A DNA stretch of 63,673 bases, the filler included, from Reticulomyxa filosa (Eukaryota; Protista; Foraminifera), in assembly GCA_000512085.1 (NCBI GenBank). It is 14 parts of 14 records of this genome, joined end to end, with 100 filler letters (N's around TTAATTAATTAA, not from the genome) between each part and the next. Parts side by side here need not be neighbours in the genome. Positions count along the whole stretch, not along the records: positions 23,419 to 33,702 come from ASPP01029656.1; positions 33,803 to 37,833 come from ASPP01019934.1; positions 37,934 to 38,935 come from ASPP01014681.1; positions 39,036 to 40,992 come from ASPP01011526.1; 10 more parts are not named here. One strand, given 5' to 3'. Numbering within the stretch: position 1 is the first letter of the stretch; the number at the start of each line of letters is the position of its first letter. Below are positions 26,976 to 39,733 of this stretch, piece by piece. Under the pieces are notes generated by a model. It made no database searches. It saw nothing but the letters and a program-made list of their open reading frames with translations, and was not told the origin of the DNA. The position numbers and the translations under genes are program-made.

Positions 26976-28892
26976 GTAAATATTAAAAACAGTATTAATT
27001 TTTTAACGATTTGATCAACACAAACAAGAAACGCCAAAAATAATCAAAATTTTGTTTTACAAAGCGTTATAATTTTGTGATTTGAATATATAAAAAATTT
27101 CTTTAGATTGAAAAACATAAGCATATTTCTTCAAATTTTGAACATATTTTAAAAAAAATGAACGAAGAATCGCTTAACCATAGGTTAAGCGCATTCCCGT
27201 CCACCAATTATGCGTCAAGCAATCCTAGTATTTAAGCAACATCTCGTTGCACATATCGCTTTCACAATCATGCAATCTCCGGATTGACAACACATAATCT
27301 TGAGGCAGATACTATGTCAATAAATCGATACTTTTACTTATCCTTTTTAGGTTTTCATGAACCACACTTTTTATTTTGAAAAAAAATTTGTAGAGAAATT
27401 ATAGTTATTTGCATATGCTATTTCTCACGATATGAATATTGCAAAAAAAATATTATCAAACATTGATTAGTTTGTTTTTTTTTTTTTTTTTTTTAGATTA
27501 GAAAAGCTTATAAGAGTTTTTTTAACTAATTTATATAGACATTGAAGATACTATGTCCAAATGACAATACTATTCGTATGTAAATGTATTTGGCAAGTTG
27601 ATGTTTAAAGCTTTGGTCTATCAATGAGAGGTAGTGTCTAGTACAATGTACATGGATTGACTTAAAAGCAGGAGTTGTTTGTTAGCAACGTGGGAAATTT
27701 TTTTGGTATCTCGAGCATTTGCTTTTTGCTGATATTGTAAGGGAAATGAGCAATTTGTTTGATTCATTAAAATTGAAGCTTATAATTTTGTAAAAGTTTT
27801 TTTATTAGAGTTCACTAAATATGTTTCATCAAATACAATACATAATACTTTTTTTCACAAAAGCTTAATATAGTAAATTATTGAAATGAAATATGAAGTG
27901 TTTGAAGCAATATATCAAACAAATCAAATGAATTAAACAATTACAATCAATACGCTCCTTTCACAGACAATCACAATTATCCAATTATTATTGGAAGATA
28001 GCAAGATAATTATAATAGAATGCGTGCATTGATTGATGGAAGCAACAATCATTTGTTATCACTTTTTTTGATAATTATATAATGTGTCTGATTTAAATAA
28101 AATAAAAACGAAAATATTGATATCACAGAAATTCACTCACGTGTCATTAACACATCAATCTGCTTAAATCACTACTCCTCGTATGTGTTATTTTTACTTT
28201 CATGTTTTCTTATTGGAAAAGATGCGCTTATAAAAATGAATAACATCTGATCTCAATAAATCCGATCGCTTTCGCTGTGAAGGTATTTTCAAAATATTTG
28301 ATCTAGAGTCTGATGAAGATGACAAGCCAGTATATCCGTGGTACATAAAAAAAATAAATTCCATTGAAGCCAAACAAAAGAGCCAACAAGAACGTAACCA
28401 AGAATTTCTCGCAGCACTTTAAAATCAACTATGCTAAATTTGTTATAATATTGTTTCTTGTCATCATTATAGCATTAATATTATTACTACAAATTTTTCT
28501 TTGAAAAAAGCAACAAAGCCACAAACAAAATTGCACTGTAATTTATATAACTTATGTTTCATTATTGCTTGTGTGCATAGTAATCAAAAATTAAATCGAA
28601 TTTAGTCGTTAATGACAATTATAATTGCTAAAGTAACAAACATTTTACTTCAATTAACTATTAAACCCACTCCTATATAATGAATCTGCAAAATACATTT
28701 TTTTTATGTCGAAGCGAAAAAAAAATGAAAGATACGAGAGTTTGATGTGTTGGGATCGTTCATTTTATATTCTGCGGTGTTATGTTTCAAAATAAGGCTA
28801 CACATAAAAAAACAAAAACTAAAAGCACACGCGACAGCAACACAGTCTCTAATTGAGAGAAGATAACAATTATTTACTTTGGATGCAATGAC

Positions 28893-30472
28893 TTACAAGT
28901 ATTTTTCTAGAGATTTTTTATTAAATCCCATGCTTCTTTGCAATTGCAAGTCCATTTTTTCCATAAATTCTACAGCTTTCCATCGTATTTCTGGCCTCAA
29001 TCGTCGCACATTTGTTTCTATTCTGGCCCAGATCCATTCAGACGTATTTGTCTTGGCTTTGAAGGACACAAATTCTTTGATTGTATAAGCAAAAAATGCC
29101 AAAGCATCTGCATCCATCAAAACTTGCAGCTCAAACAAAATAGCTGGAGAAGGCAACCCGACTAATTCCTTTCCAAGTATTTCTATCTTGGAATCTTTTT
29201 TTGTTGTATTTTTTTTGTTCGTGATCTCAATGGCACTCAAAAGTACGAATAAAGCAATGGCTCCTTTTTTTTATTCCCTTAACAGAAACAATTTTTTTGT
29301 ATGCAAATCCAAAAAATTTGTGTTGTATTATGCATTCATTTGTAAACCTGCAGGTTTATCGTGCTGTACAATTATGTCATAGATTCGTTTCAGTTCAAAC
29401 GCAGTAAGAGGAGCCCCATTTAATATGATCATTGCAAGGCGAGCGCTGTTCATTGTATGTGTCACCTGCTTTCGATAGTTATCTATGTGCTGCATCCATC
29501 ACAAACAAAAATAAAGCTTTTCACACACAAAAACAATGCACACAATATACTAACTTCAGGCAAATAATCACATTTAATGCAAGGAATAAATCTTTCTGCA
29601 TCTGTTTTTGCACAGACAAATAACTTTTTTTTTGTTTCTTGACCCCTTTTTTTGCTTTTTATGTTGAGCATATTGGTCGACGCATACACACACCATGAAG
29701 CCAACAGGATATAATTAAAGTCAATGTGGCTTTTCGTTTGATTTCTTTGCAAATTCTCATAGCCAGAGTTGCGACTTCTCTGAAATGTCGTACGTCTGTT
29801 TTCTAAAAGCGAGAACCATACAAAAGGATTATGTGTTGGCATAAACAAGAGAGAGGAGGGAGAAAAGAGAAGGGGTATCATACAAAAAAAAAAGTTAAAT
29901 TCACTTTGGTGTATTCATCTGGTGGTTCAATGTTATCAAACAACCTGTTTAATTGAGTTTTTTTTTTTTTTAATTCTCAAAAAAAAAAAAATTTTTTTAT
30001 TATACCATTGAACCACTTTTTGAACCACTTTTAATCTATGCTTGTCGCTTGATTGCTGGTGAATACCAGTGCTTGCAGCTTGTTGATAAATGGTATCTCG
30101 AAAGTGGAGGAATTGCGGCTCATGTATTTGCAAAAGATTCTCCAAATCACACGTTTGGACTTCCTTCACTTGAGCCATTACCATATTGTAATCATTAGTT
30201 GTTATTGCCGCTTTGTTGTTGGACTTTTTGATCTTTTTTTTGTCTTCCTTTTCTTTTACTTCCTTATCGCCTTTATTTCCTCCACTCATTTTCAATTCGT
30301 TGTATTTATCATTGTTATTAGCTTGCTCACTTGTTTCAACTGCGCTTTTCATCACATTTGAAACGTTCTGTCTACTATTCTTCTCCAGCTTGCTTCCATT
30401 GTTACTTAACCGCATCGGTGGTGTACATGCGCCCGAAGTATTTCGAGGGACCGAAAAAGTCGTTTGCATTTC
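28893..30472 (-). CDS. Multi-exon hypothetical protein, possibly with a cyclin-like fold
   Basis: A series of open minus-strand exons with GT-AG borders. Spliced YILLASW|LFVCAKTD weakly resembles a cyclin-box motif. Confidence 0.5.
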
Positions 30473-31499
30473 TTTTCGTTTGTGATCAAAGCTTTGCTTC
30501 TGTGTTTTCCAGAGAATCACAAACAAATTTTTGTTCTTTTTTTGTCACACTTTTCGTATTACAATTTCTCACATGAAAGCAAGTGCAGAAGCATCATGAC
30601 ATGTATTTGTACTCATTTCTTCAACAAAGCTACAAGCCATCTTAGAAATTGCTTTCCGAATAGAAAAATTGATATACGTAATCACAAAGAGAAAAAAAAA
30701 GAGGGAAATATTCTTGTAAACAACCGCCATTTTTGTTCTGCTTTATTAAAAGAAATGAACAAATTACTTGCGTGTACGCAATATTTTTGTTTTACAAATC
30801 TTTTGAGAAAGAATTCTTGTAGCTGTTTCAAATATGTATCCATATATTTTTTTTCAAGAAATTACTCTCAACGAAAAATATTTAAAGATTTGATATTCAA
30901 TTAAAATTTCATATTAATATAATTAATAATAATTTTGTTAAATTCATATACACAAACTTAATGTTTAAATTTTGAATCAAATATTCAGTGATTAAATTTA
31001 CTTCGTCTATTATTTTCAATTGTGAACATATTTAAGACAACAAACTTTAGTAGAAACTAACATTGACATTATACTTTTCATTTTAAGACTGATTTGAAAC
31101 ATGTAAGAAGCTATTGATATCTGAATGCACTCAATTCAATTGTTTGTCTGGCTGAGTCTTTAACTATTTACTGTAATTAGTCTATGTGTTGTAGCTATTT
31201 TACCCTTATATCTTTGTTAAAATGAAAGAAATAAAATATTTAATCATATAGTTCTTTTTGGATCTTTCAGAGATATTGTTTATCAACAGCTGTCAAACTC
31301 TTACTTACAAACGAGAAATACTCCAATTACTAAAATTAGTTTATCTGGAGTTGGGAATTCATTCAAATAAAACGTTTACGGATCTAGTGTTCCCAAAATT
31401 AAGAGCATTTTTTAATTGTTAGTCTAACTATCCTTTCAAAAAGGTTAACAAATCCCCCTTGCATTCATAATGTCTAACAAACTGATAAAAATTGTAGAT

Positions 31500-32459
31500 A
31501 TGAGTACAGTGAAGCATGATATGAAGATAATAGGTATTTTGGGAGGAATTCCTCACCATTCTGGTCTGGAATATTTTAGGCAAATCAACGATAAGGTTTG
31601 ACTGGGTGAGTGGTTGGGTTCTTTCAAAGTCTTGATGTATTTTTTGCTTCTCATTTAAATGATAAATCTCCAAAAAAACTCAGTTTTTGTTGCAAGAAAA
31701 AAATCTATTTGTTGGGTATGTTGCGGTTAACAACACCAACGGGGGATTGTACAGGTTCAGAAATCCTTGCCCTGGAAATATGCCGGTAACACAAGTAAAA
31801 TATTAATGTGCTGTGTAAATTTTGAAGAGCAACTGAGTTATTTGGTAGCTAATCGTATGGACATGGCATGTAATTTGTTGTGTGAAGCAGCATGCCGGCT
31901 GCATCGTGGTGGTGCAGATTTCCTTGTAATCGCATCAAATACTGGACACATTGCAATTCCTCGCATTGAACAAGTATTGCCTCATTTTCCGTATTTGCAT
32001 ATTGCTGACTGTTGTGCCGTAAAATGTTTGGAAAGAAATGTCAAGAACGTTGCTTTAATGGGAACCAGATATACAATGCAACAAAACTTCATCAAAGATC
32101 GCCTAAAATTACACGGTTTAAATATATTTACGCCTCCAGAATCATTTTTTGATGAGATGGAGCGAATTATTGAAAGAGAAGTTGCAAGTGGAAAGTTTAT
32201 CGCAAGCTCGAAAAAATGGATGATTGAAGAAATAATCAGAAAAGAATTAATCAAAAAGCAAGGTGCTGAAGCTTGTATTTTTGGGTGCACTGACATCGGA
32301 CTGCTTGTAAAGGCGTCTGATGTTCCAGAAGTATTCATTGTGGATAGTCTCCAAGTCCACATTGATGCCATTGTAGATGTTCAATTAGGCAAAAAAAGCA
32401 TATTAGAGTTTTTGCCGGGAATTAAAGTTGGACCAATAAAACAAAAACCAAAATTGTAA
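31500..32459 (+). CDS. PLP-independent Asp/Glu racemase-family protein (YgeA/RacX-like); exons 31500-31595 and 31755-32459
   Basis: Exon 1 MKIIGILGG..SGLEYFRQIN splices in phase 0 to exon 2, which has GGADFLVIASNTGH, LHIAD, VALMGTRYTM, IFGCTDIGLL and DSLQVH. Confidence 0.9.
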
Positions 32460-32580
32460 TTTTGATTTTTTCAATTAAGAAGTCAGATCTTCTAAATGCA
32501 ATTCTCATTTTTTTGTTGACGTCCACCTATTTAAATTTCAATCAAATTGCTATTTACAACATATACCAAAAAAATTCACT

Positions 32581-33630
32581 TTATGACCAAAACCAATTAT
32601 TTGTTATTGCGTCAAACGCGATCATGGATAAAGACTGGTTACTAGAAATGTTGATAGTACTGTCTTGTGATTGGAAGCGTAGGGGTTTAAGATATTGACG
32701 CACTTCGAGTCGAAGGAAAATAAAATAAAGAAATGCAGCCAAAGCAGCAAGAAGGACAAAGAAGAGTAATAATTCAACATCAGCATTATTAGCGTCGAAG
32801 TGGATAATCCCAAATGCATGGGGAAGCTTTCCATAATAAAACAATAACTCAATAACGCAGCCAACAGCTCCAGCTAAGAAAGCAATAGCTTTGATGATAT
32901 TAACACCATAAGGAAAGGAAGGTTTATTCACAGACGAATATTTTTCGACATTTAGATTATTCCATGACCATAACATGGTAATAGCAAATAAAGATACACA
33001 TGCGATTAATTGTGAAACAACAGTGCCAACAATTTTTCCTTGGCTTATTAATTGTGTCGATATCAACATAAAGGATTTACTCAAAGTAACGACAGATAAG
33101 TAAGGTTTAATGAATTCAATGGTCGATGTCAGAGAGTAATAGGCTACACCATCAGTTGAATTATTGTTATCGTTTTCATTTTCGACTAACATTGGTGCCA
33201 CCATAACACTAAATGGAATATAATAGGCAAGTAATATTAGTGCACATGTGCCAATTTTCAAATGCCTATCTTTCCAGCACACAATACTTTCATCAATTCG
33301 TAAATATCCATCGTCAGTACAACACAGCAACATGATCAACTTGTCACACACGCTAAGAAAGAATGTATCACATAAAATTCGCATAATCATGGAAATACTG
33401 CTATTTACAGATTTCAGATATCCATGTCCATAGATTATCGTCCCAACAAAAGAATGAAAATATTGATTTCTGGCATCATCTCGCCTTCCATCAAGATATC
33501 GAAGTATGCCATAGCGTCGCACCTCCATAAAAAATAATAGCATAAATACCAGCAAAGCCAGTGCCGCTCCACCTCCACCAATTCCAGCATACACATACAA
33601 TTCACTATACGATACAAAATCGAAAGACAC
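32581..33630 (-). CDS. Multi-pass transmembrane protein, C-terminal part
   Basis: 349-aa open frame with about seven hydrophobic segments and an extracellular C..CW..H motif. Confidence 0.65.
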   Translation of the reverse strand: MSFDFVSYSELYVYAGIGGGGAALALLVFMLLFFMEVRRYGILRYLDGRRDDARNQYFHSFVGTIIYGHGYLKSVNSSISMIMRILCDTFFLSVCDKLIMLLCCTDDGYLRIDESIVCWKDRHLKIGTCALILLAYYIPFSVMVAPMLVENENDNNNSTDGVAYYSLTSTIEFIKPYLSVVTLSKSFMLISTQLISQGKIVGTVVSQLIACVSLFAITMLWSWNNLNVEKYSSVNKPSFPYGVNIIKAIAFLAGAVGCVIELLFYYGKLPHAFGIIHFDANNADVELLLFFVLLAALAAFLYFIFLRLEVRQYLKPLRFQSQDSTINISSNQSLSMIAFDAITNNWFWS

Positions 33631-33802
33631 ATACGAAAAATTTAACAGTGATTTTTTCCAGCCTTTGGCATGAGTCTTGGAAGAGGATGATGATGATGAT
33701 GANNNNNNNNNNNNNNNNNNNNNNNNNNNNNNNNNNNNNNNNNNNNTTAATTAATTAANNNNNNNNNNNNNNNNNNNNNNNNNNNNNNNNNNNNNNNNNN
33801 NN

Positions 33803-35366
33803 CAACAACAACAACAACAACAATAAAAGAAGTAATAACCTCAAATTGTTAAAGGTACACTCATCAAAATCCATCGCGTAAAAGTCGATGTCACCGGCAT
33901 TTTCGTAGGCATCGACGTACGCTTTGTCACAAATTGGGTTCAGCAGTTCCTCCTGCAAATTATGACAATTAGCGTCCCATTCACTCATTACATCTGAACA
34001 TTTTTTTTTTTTTTTTTTGAAAAGGAGGTCCCCATTTATTGTCTATATATTATTATTATTTTTCCAAAAAAAAAAAAAAAAAAAAAAAAATTTGAACTTA
34101 ACGGTCACTAACAATACCGTGGCCATACAATGCCTTCATGAAACCGTTTGCATTGGAATAGCTGTCGGTATATGGATTGCCTGTACAAAAGAAGAGGCAT
34201 CATCAATTACGACAGTGTTTTGGTGCGATAAGTATACTTCATAGCCAAAGTAAGAGCAACCGACTATATATACGCATACACACAAAACATACCGACAAGT
34301 AATCCTTTGAAGTTAATGCGTGGATTATATCCGTCGTCATTATTCGTTAATATGGTCAAAGCCAAGGTCGGCAAGTAATGTCCGGCATAACTCTCGCCTT
34401 TTTTTTTGGTTTTATTTTGTTTTGTTAAAAAGTGTTGCAGGATATTGCAGCACTGTGCCATGTGGGACAGCATTGACAATACACATACATACATACATAT
34501 ATAATATATATGCATATATGTATATATACGTATAATGTATGTATGTATGGGCCGCCTATCATGTATCATACCTGAGATAGACAAAGGATGATGCAAATAC
34601 TTTGGAAATTTAACAAGGAATGAGCGGATTGCAGCGTCCATGTCGAGAGAGGCATTTCTGTCTCCAATCACGTAATCATCACCGCCGGTGACACTAAACC
34701 CGACTCCATATGGTTGCTCAATGTAAAATATGTTCACTCGTTTATTCCAAGCGTAATCATTTACATACAACTGCAAATTTGGATCCACCCAAAATGGCCC
34801 ATGCTCGGATAAAAGTCCTAATAAGCTACTGCATCCAGGGCCACCTATCGTATTTTGTTCTCCCTTTTTATATATGTATATGTATACATATACATATGCT
34901 TTTTTTTTTTTTTGTCTGTTTGTTTACCATTCGTCCACATCAACAATGGGTCATTGTCTGGGTCGTTTTGAGATTCCACAAACCAGTAAAACAGTTGTCG
35001 GCCTTCATTTGCATCCAAATATCCCGAAAATTGTCGGAAGTCCAACGTATCGACATTTATTCCTGGCAACGCTGTTATCTCATCGGCCAAAGCGCTGTCC
35101 GTGTACCCTTCATCTTCGTGCTCTTCCGAATCGCTTGATCCAACTTCTTTTTGGCTCACGTAATCAAACAGTGGAGAGGCTGCGTGCTGCGATGTCTCGC
35201 TTGCCCATTCGTGACGGTACCACCAACCACCAGCTACCAGTAAGCTACTTGCAAGGAACAACGCCAATCCTGCTCTGAATTTCTGATTATTCTTCAGCAC
35301 GCTTGGTTCCACCGAGGAGACTGTATTCACCTTTGGATTCAACAAAGGACGTGATTCTGTCTGCAT
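33803..35366 (-). CDS. Serine carboxypeptidase (peptidase S10) with an N-terminal membrane anchor; 3' end cut by the contig edge
   Basis: Motifs [28 protein letters not shown]|[17 protein letters not shown] and GESYAGHY (catalytic Ser). Confidence 0.93.
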
Positions 35367-36209
35367 TTTTTTTTAAAAAATGCTCAGTTATTACAAGTTT
35401 TATTTTCACAAGTTTTAGACTGTCTCGTTTGTTGTGCAAACATATTTTTTATCGTTGCAAGAAAAATTGATTTCTATGTTTTGTCCAACAAACACATTCA
35501 AGAAGGACAAGCGTTATAATTTACGATACAAACTTTATGTTTGATAACATTTCCAAAATTAAAAAAAGTGTTTTTCATGTGCAATATAAATATAGTCACG
35601 CTTATTATTTAAAAAAACTTAAAATGGAATTTTTGTGAAAATTGAATTCGATTGATAAAAACAATAAAAAAACATTGTCTTTAAGTTTATGAATGTGTTC
35701 ATACAAAAATATAAATTTTGTTTTCATTTATTAAAAATATAAATTAATAAATAAAAAAATCATATTGGAATTTTTTTTTCTTTTAAAATTTTTTTTAATT
35801 TAAATATATATTTGGGTCCCACAAAAAAGAACATCCATCACACTTTTTAAAATAATTTTTTTGAAATAACATCCACATTAAACATAATTTATCAAATGTA
35901 TTTATAACATTAGATTAGAAATATTCAAATGACACGTAGTAACACAGATTGGAAAAAAGCATATTCTTCATAAAAAAATTTTTTAGTCAACAAAGAATTT
36001 TTATAATGCAAGCTATAATTGTAAATGTAGGCAAAAATTCAGCATCACAATTTATTTCTCACAAGTTTTGAGACTGCATTGTTTGTTATGGAATAAATTT
36101 ACAAATGTTTTATTTTGAAAGGAAACTATCGATATTTCGTTTGACAAACAGTTTTGAAGGAAGGTTACGCTGTAGGGGCAGTAAAAAAAAAAGAAAAATA
36201 AAGGAAAAA

Positions 36210-37004
36210 ATGGAAAATAGAAGACGTGCTGTTTCAGTGCTAGCAACCAGTGCTAAATCAATGCATTCACGAACTCCAGATGGATCAGAAAAAGTGGAGG
36301 AAAAACATAATAAAATGTTAGAGTGTGGAGACTTTCCTCAAAACCAAAAACAACATTTTCAAGTGCCGCCCCAGCTGGAATGGAAAGAGGAAATGGAGAC
36401 AGCAATAGATAACCGAAAGTATTGGGATACATTGGACCAAATGTTAAAGACACTATGGCTTGGGATAGGAATAATTCGGTTGAATTTTGGAGAAAAGAAA
36501 TGTTTCATTGGAACAGGATGTGTGTTTTACGTGCGAAAAGAAGAAGTGTATGCATTGACATGGTCCGGGAACTTGGAGTGCATCGACACAAATACAAAAG
36601 AAAAAAAGACGTTGAAAAAGGCATGGTTCGAGCGCCGAGAGACATCAAAGGCATGGATAGGAGTGACGAGCGAAAGCAAGGCAATATATAGTATTTGCGA
36701 GTATTGGGAGCACGGACACTTTGCAGTGATGAAGTTTGTGGAGACAAGTGCCAATGCATTTTATAGCATCCATTGGCCAGAAATGTATGGTTTCGAATGC
36801 AAAAAGCCAAAGACGTCGAGATTGGGAAACTTGGGTATCTTGTTCGACGAAGAAGGAGCGGAATTGGAAGGCAAGACGAGAATGTTGTATACGTGGATGG
36901 AACAGAATCATCAGCATTTCCATGTTTATGGATTCCCTGTTGACAAAAAAGGACAGCTTTGGGGGGCTTCTGCACCTTGCAAAGACATTAGTTAATCCAT
37001 ATGC

Positions 37005-37035
<31 letters not shown>

Positions 37036-37361
37036 TATATGTATGCACACATGAACATCAATTCGAATGGATACCTCCTTTCTTCAAATTAAAAAAAAAA
37101 AGACAAAAAGACAAATGGATGGAATATGCAACAGTAACCACATCACCGGGCCAAAGTGGGGCTCCGATAATTGGAATAATCAAACAAAAGCTCGACAAAA
37201 ATAAATATGCGTGCTACAGCTTCATCACCGGCATTCACGTCGGTCGGAGTGTTGGCGTAGCCTTTTCCAAAGAGGACATCGCTTGGATCCGCGCCACCCT
37301 CTCTTTGAAAGACCACGACCGCTTCATTCTATGCACTTGGCCTTTTGTCGCCAACAGTTGA
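36210..37361 (+). CDS. Trypsin-like (V8-type) serine protease homologue, probably catalytically impaired; two exons
   Basis: Motifs FIGTGCVF, VYGFP, TTSPGQSGAPII and ITGIHVG. The His and Asp triad positions look substituted. Confidence 0.7.
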
Positions 37362-37504
37362 TTTCATCTTTCCCTGTGTGTGTGTGTGTGTGTGTACATT
37401 GCTTCCTTTTTCACACTTGCTTGCACAGCACGCGCACGTGTTTATCTGCGTTTTTTTTTTTTTTTTTTCACTTGTCAGATCAAGTCGAAGATCACACCAA
37501 AGCT

Positions 37505-37600
37505 AATTCCAACACAAACACAAACACAAACACAAATGCAAATGCAAATGCAAATACAAATACAAATACAAACTCAAGCAAAAGCAAGAGCAAAAGCACG
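37505..37600 (+). repeat. Hexamer microsatellite (AAACAC/AAATGC/AAATAC)n downstream of the protease gene
   Basis: Directly visible degenerate 6-bp tandem array. Confidence 0.75.
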
Positions 37601-37933
37601 CAAATGAAAACACAAATGCTGTGTCATCTTCACAAAGCGTGTCATTAGTATGCATCTATCTACACAAATACAGTATAAAAAAAAAAAAAAAAGGCATTTC
37701 ATCAATTTTTTTTTTTTTTATATACACATACATATAAGTATAAAATATTTAATATAAATATTTAAAGGATGCAATGAAATCATCTAGTGCTCCACTCAAT
37801 TCTACGGCAAAATTGTGTTCATTCAAACCAGCTNNNNNNNNNNNNNNNNNNNNNNNNNNNNNNNNNNNNNNNNNNNNTTAATTAATTAANNNNNNNNNNN
37901 NNNNNNNNNNNNNNNNNNNNNNNNNNNNNNNNN

Positions 37934-38016
37934 CCGCGGCCTGCGTCATCGTGATCCTGATCCTGGTGCTCGCCGCCGATCTCATGTCGTCGAAACTGCG
38001 TGCCATGATCCGATAG
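37934..38016 (+). CDS. Bacterial ABC permease C-terminus (PhnE/PtxC-like), partial
   Basis: Reads AACVIVILILVLAADLMSSKLRAMIR*, typical of the end of phosphonate permeases; GC-rich codons. Confidence 0.55.
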
Positions 38017-38101
38017 GACAATCCGCCAGCCGGACGGGCGCTCTCGACGGGGGACCTGCACCGCGCCATCCTGCCCGCCAACGGATGTGGGAGGGCAAAA
38101 G

Positions 38102-38935
38102 ATGCGGCTATCGATCGGGCTTCTCGGCATCGCGGCGGCGCTCGGCCTGTCGGCCGGGCCGGCGTTCGCGCAGAAGAGCGGCGGCACCCTCAAGATGTAC
38201 ATTGCGGACAACCCGCCCAGCACCTCGATCCACGAGGAGGCGACGACCTCGACGGTCGTGCCGTTCATGGGGCTCTACAACAATCTCGTCGTCTTCGATC
38301 AGCAGATCCCGCAGAACAGCATGGAGACGATCCGCCCGGACCTGGCCGAAAGCTGGTCCTGGAGCGAGGACGGCAAGAAGCTGACCTTCAAGCTGGTCGG
38401 CAGTGCCAAGTGGCATGACGGCAAGCCGTTCACTTCGGCCGACGTGAAGTGCACCTGGGACATGCTGACGGGCAGGAGCGAGACCCACAAGCTGCGCAAG
38501 AATCCGCGCTCCTCCTGGTACTGGAACCTCAAGGAGGTGACGACCAACGGCGACCGCGAGGTGACCTTCCATCTCGGCCAACCGCAGCCCTCGCTGCTGA
38601 TCCTGCTCGCCTCGGGCTACAGCCCCGTCTATTCCTGCCACGTGCCGACGGCGCAGATGCGCACCAGGCCGATCGGCACCGGTCCCTTCAAGCTCGGCGA
38701 ATTCAAGCAGAAGGAAATCGTGAAGCTCGTCCGCAATCCGGACTACTTCAAGAAGGGCAAGCCCTATCTCGACGGCATCGATATGCCGATCGTGCCGGCC
38801 CGCGGCACGGCCATGCTGGGCTTCGTGTCGGGCCGCTACGACATGACGGCGCCCTATGCGGTCACCATCCCGCTGCTGAAGGACATCAAGGCGCAGGCCT
38901 CCAGTGCCGTCTGCGAAGTCGCGCCGATGAACAAC
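38102..38935 (+). CDS. Bacterial ABC transporter substrate-binding protein, family 5 (DppA/OppA-like), 3'-truncated
   Basis: GGAGG Shine-Dalgarno before ATG 38102; signal peptide ending AFA; motifs PDLAESWSWSEDGK.LTFKL, WHDGKPFTSADV, PIGTGPFK and RNPDYFKKGKPYLD. No introns and very high GC3. Confidence 0.95.
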
Positions 38936-39035
38936 NNNNNNNNNNNNNNNNNNNNNNNNNNNNNNNNNNNNNNNNNNNNTTAATTAATTAANNNNNNNNN
39001 NNNNNNNNNNNNNNNNNNNNNNNNNNNNNNNNNNN

Positions 39036-39448
39036 AAAAAAAAAAAAACACTTTCAAAACTTCAAACGTTGCATAACCTCGATACGTAATCTTAAAGGGA
39101 GACTTTCTAGTGATCACCGCCTTCTCTTTGTTCGGGTTCTCCTTATTAAATGTCGGGTCCAAAAAGTATGTCACCTTACGCACTGTCACCGGCGGCACCA
39201 CGCGGTCCGGCTCCAAGCTTATGAATGCACTCCATGTGTGCGGTGTTTTTGTATCTTTTGCTGCTCGCAACTCCGAGTGGGTGTTGCCAATGTACAAGTG
39301 CTCATAAATACCTTCTATGTATTGTCAATGTGGGTTTCCCCCCCCCCTCCCTTCTCTTCCAACAGAATCTCGGATGCACACATAATCGACACAAAAGAGA
39401 GCAGAGAAAGATGCCTGAGGAAGGGTCAGTAGTAGCTGCTGATGACAT
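39036..39448 (-). CDS. YEATS-domain protein, 5' part
   Basis: YIGNT..HTWSAFI..VRKVTYFLDPTF..KSPFKITYRGYATFEV follows the YEATS consensus. Start inferred at 39448. Confidence 0.8.
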
Positions 39449-39733
39449 GAAAAGATTTTGTGAAAGAAAGAACGTGAAATAATCAATTATACGACGGCAG
39501 TTGCTTTTTTTTCCCCCTCCTCGCCGTCCCTGGCACAGCAAAAAACGTGGGTTTTTCTTTTAAACGCACAAAAATCTTCCAGAAGAAGAGAGTTAATCGT
39601 TATCTGTAAGTTCATAAGTGACTGTGGAGCGGATGTAATATTTTCACCTTTGTGAGTCGTGACAACGAAAGTTCCGTGGGTACAAAAAAAAGAAAAATTT
39701 AAAAAACGCTTAAAACGTGACTTGTCCATAAAA

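Noticed and set aside
37934-38935. Bacterial gene transferred into the host genome
   Set aside because: No host-type flanking sequence or introns; the contig is entirely bacterial.
38108-38991. Long overlapping alternative ORFs in the bacterial contig
   Set aside because: Shadow frames caused by high GC and few stop codons.
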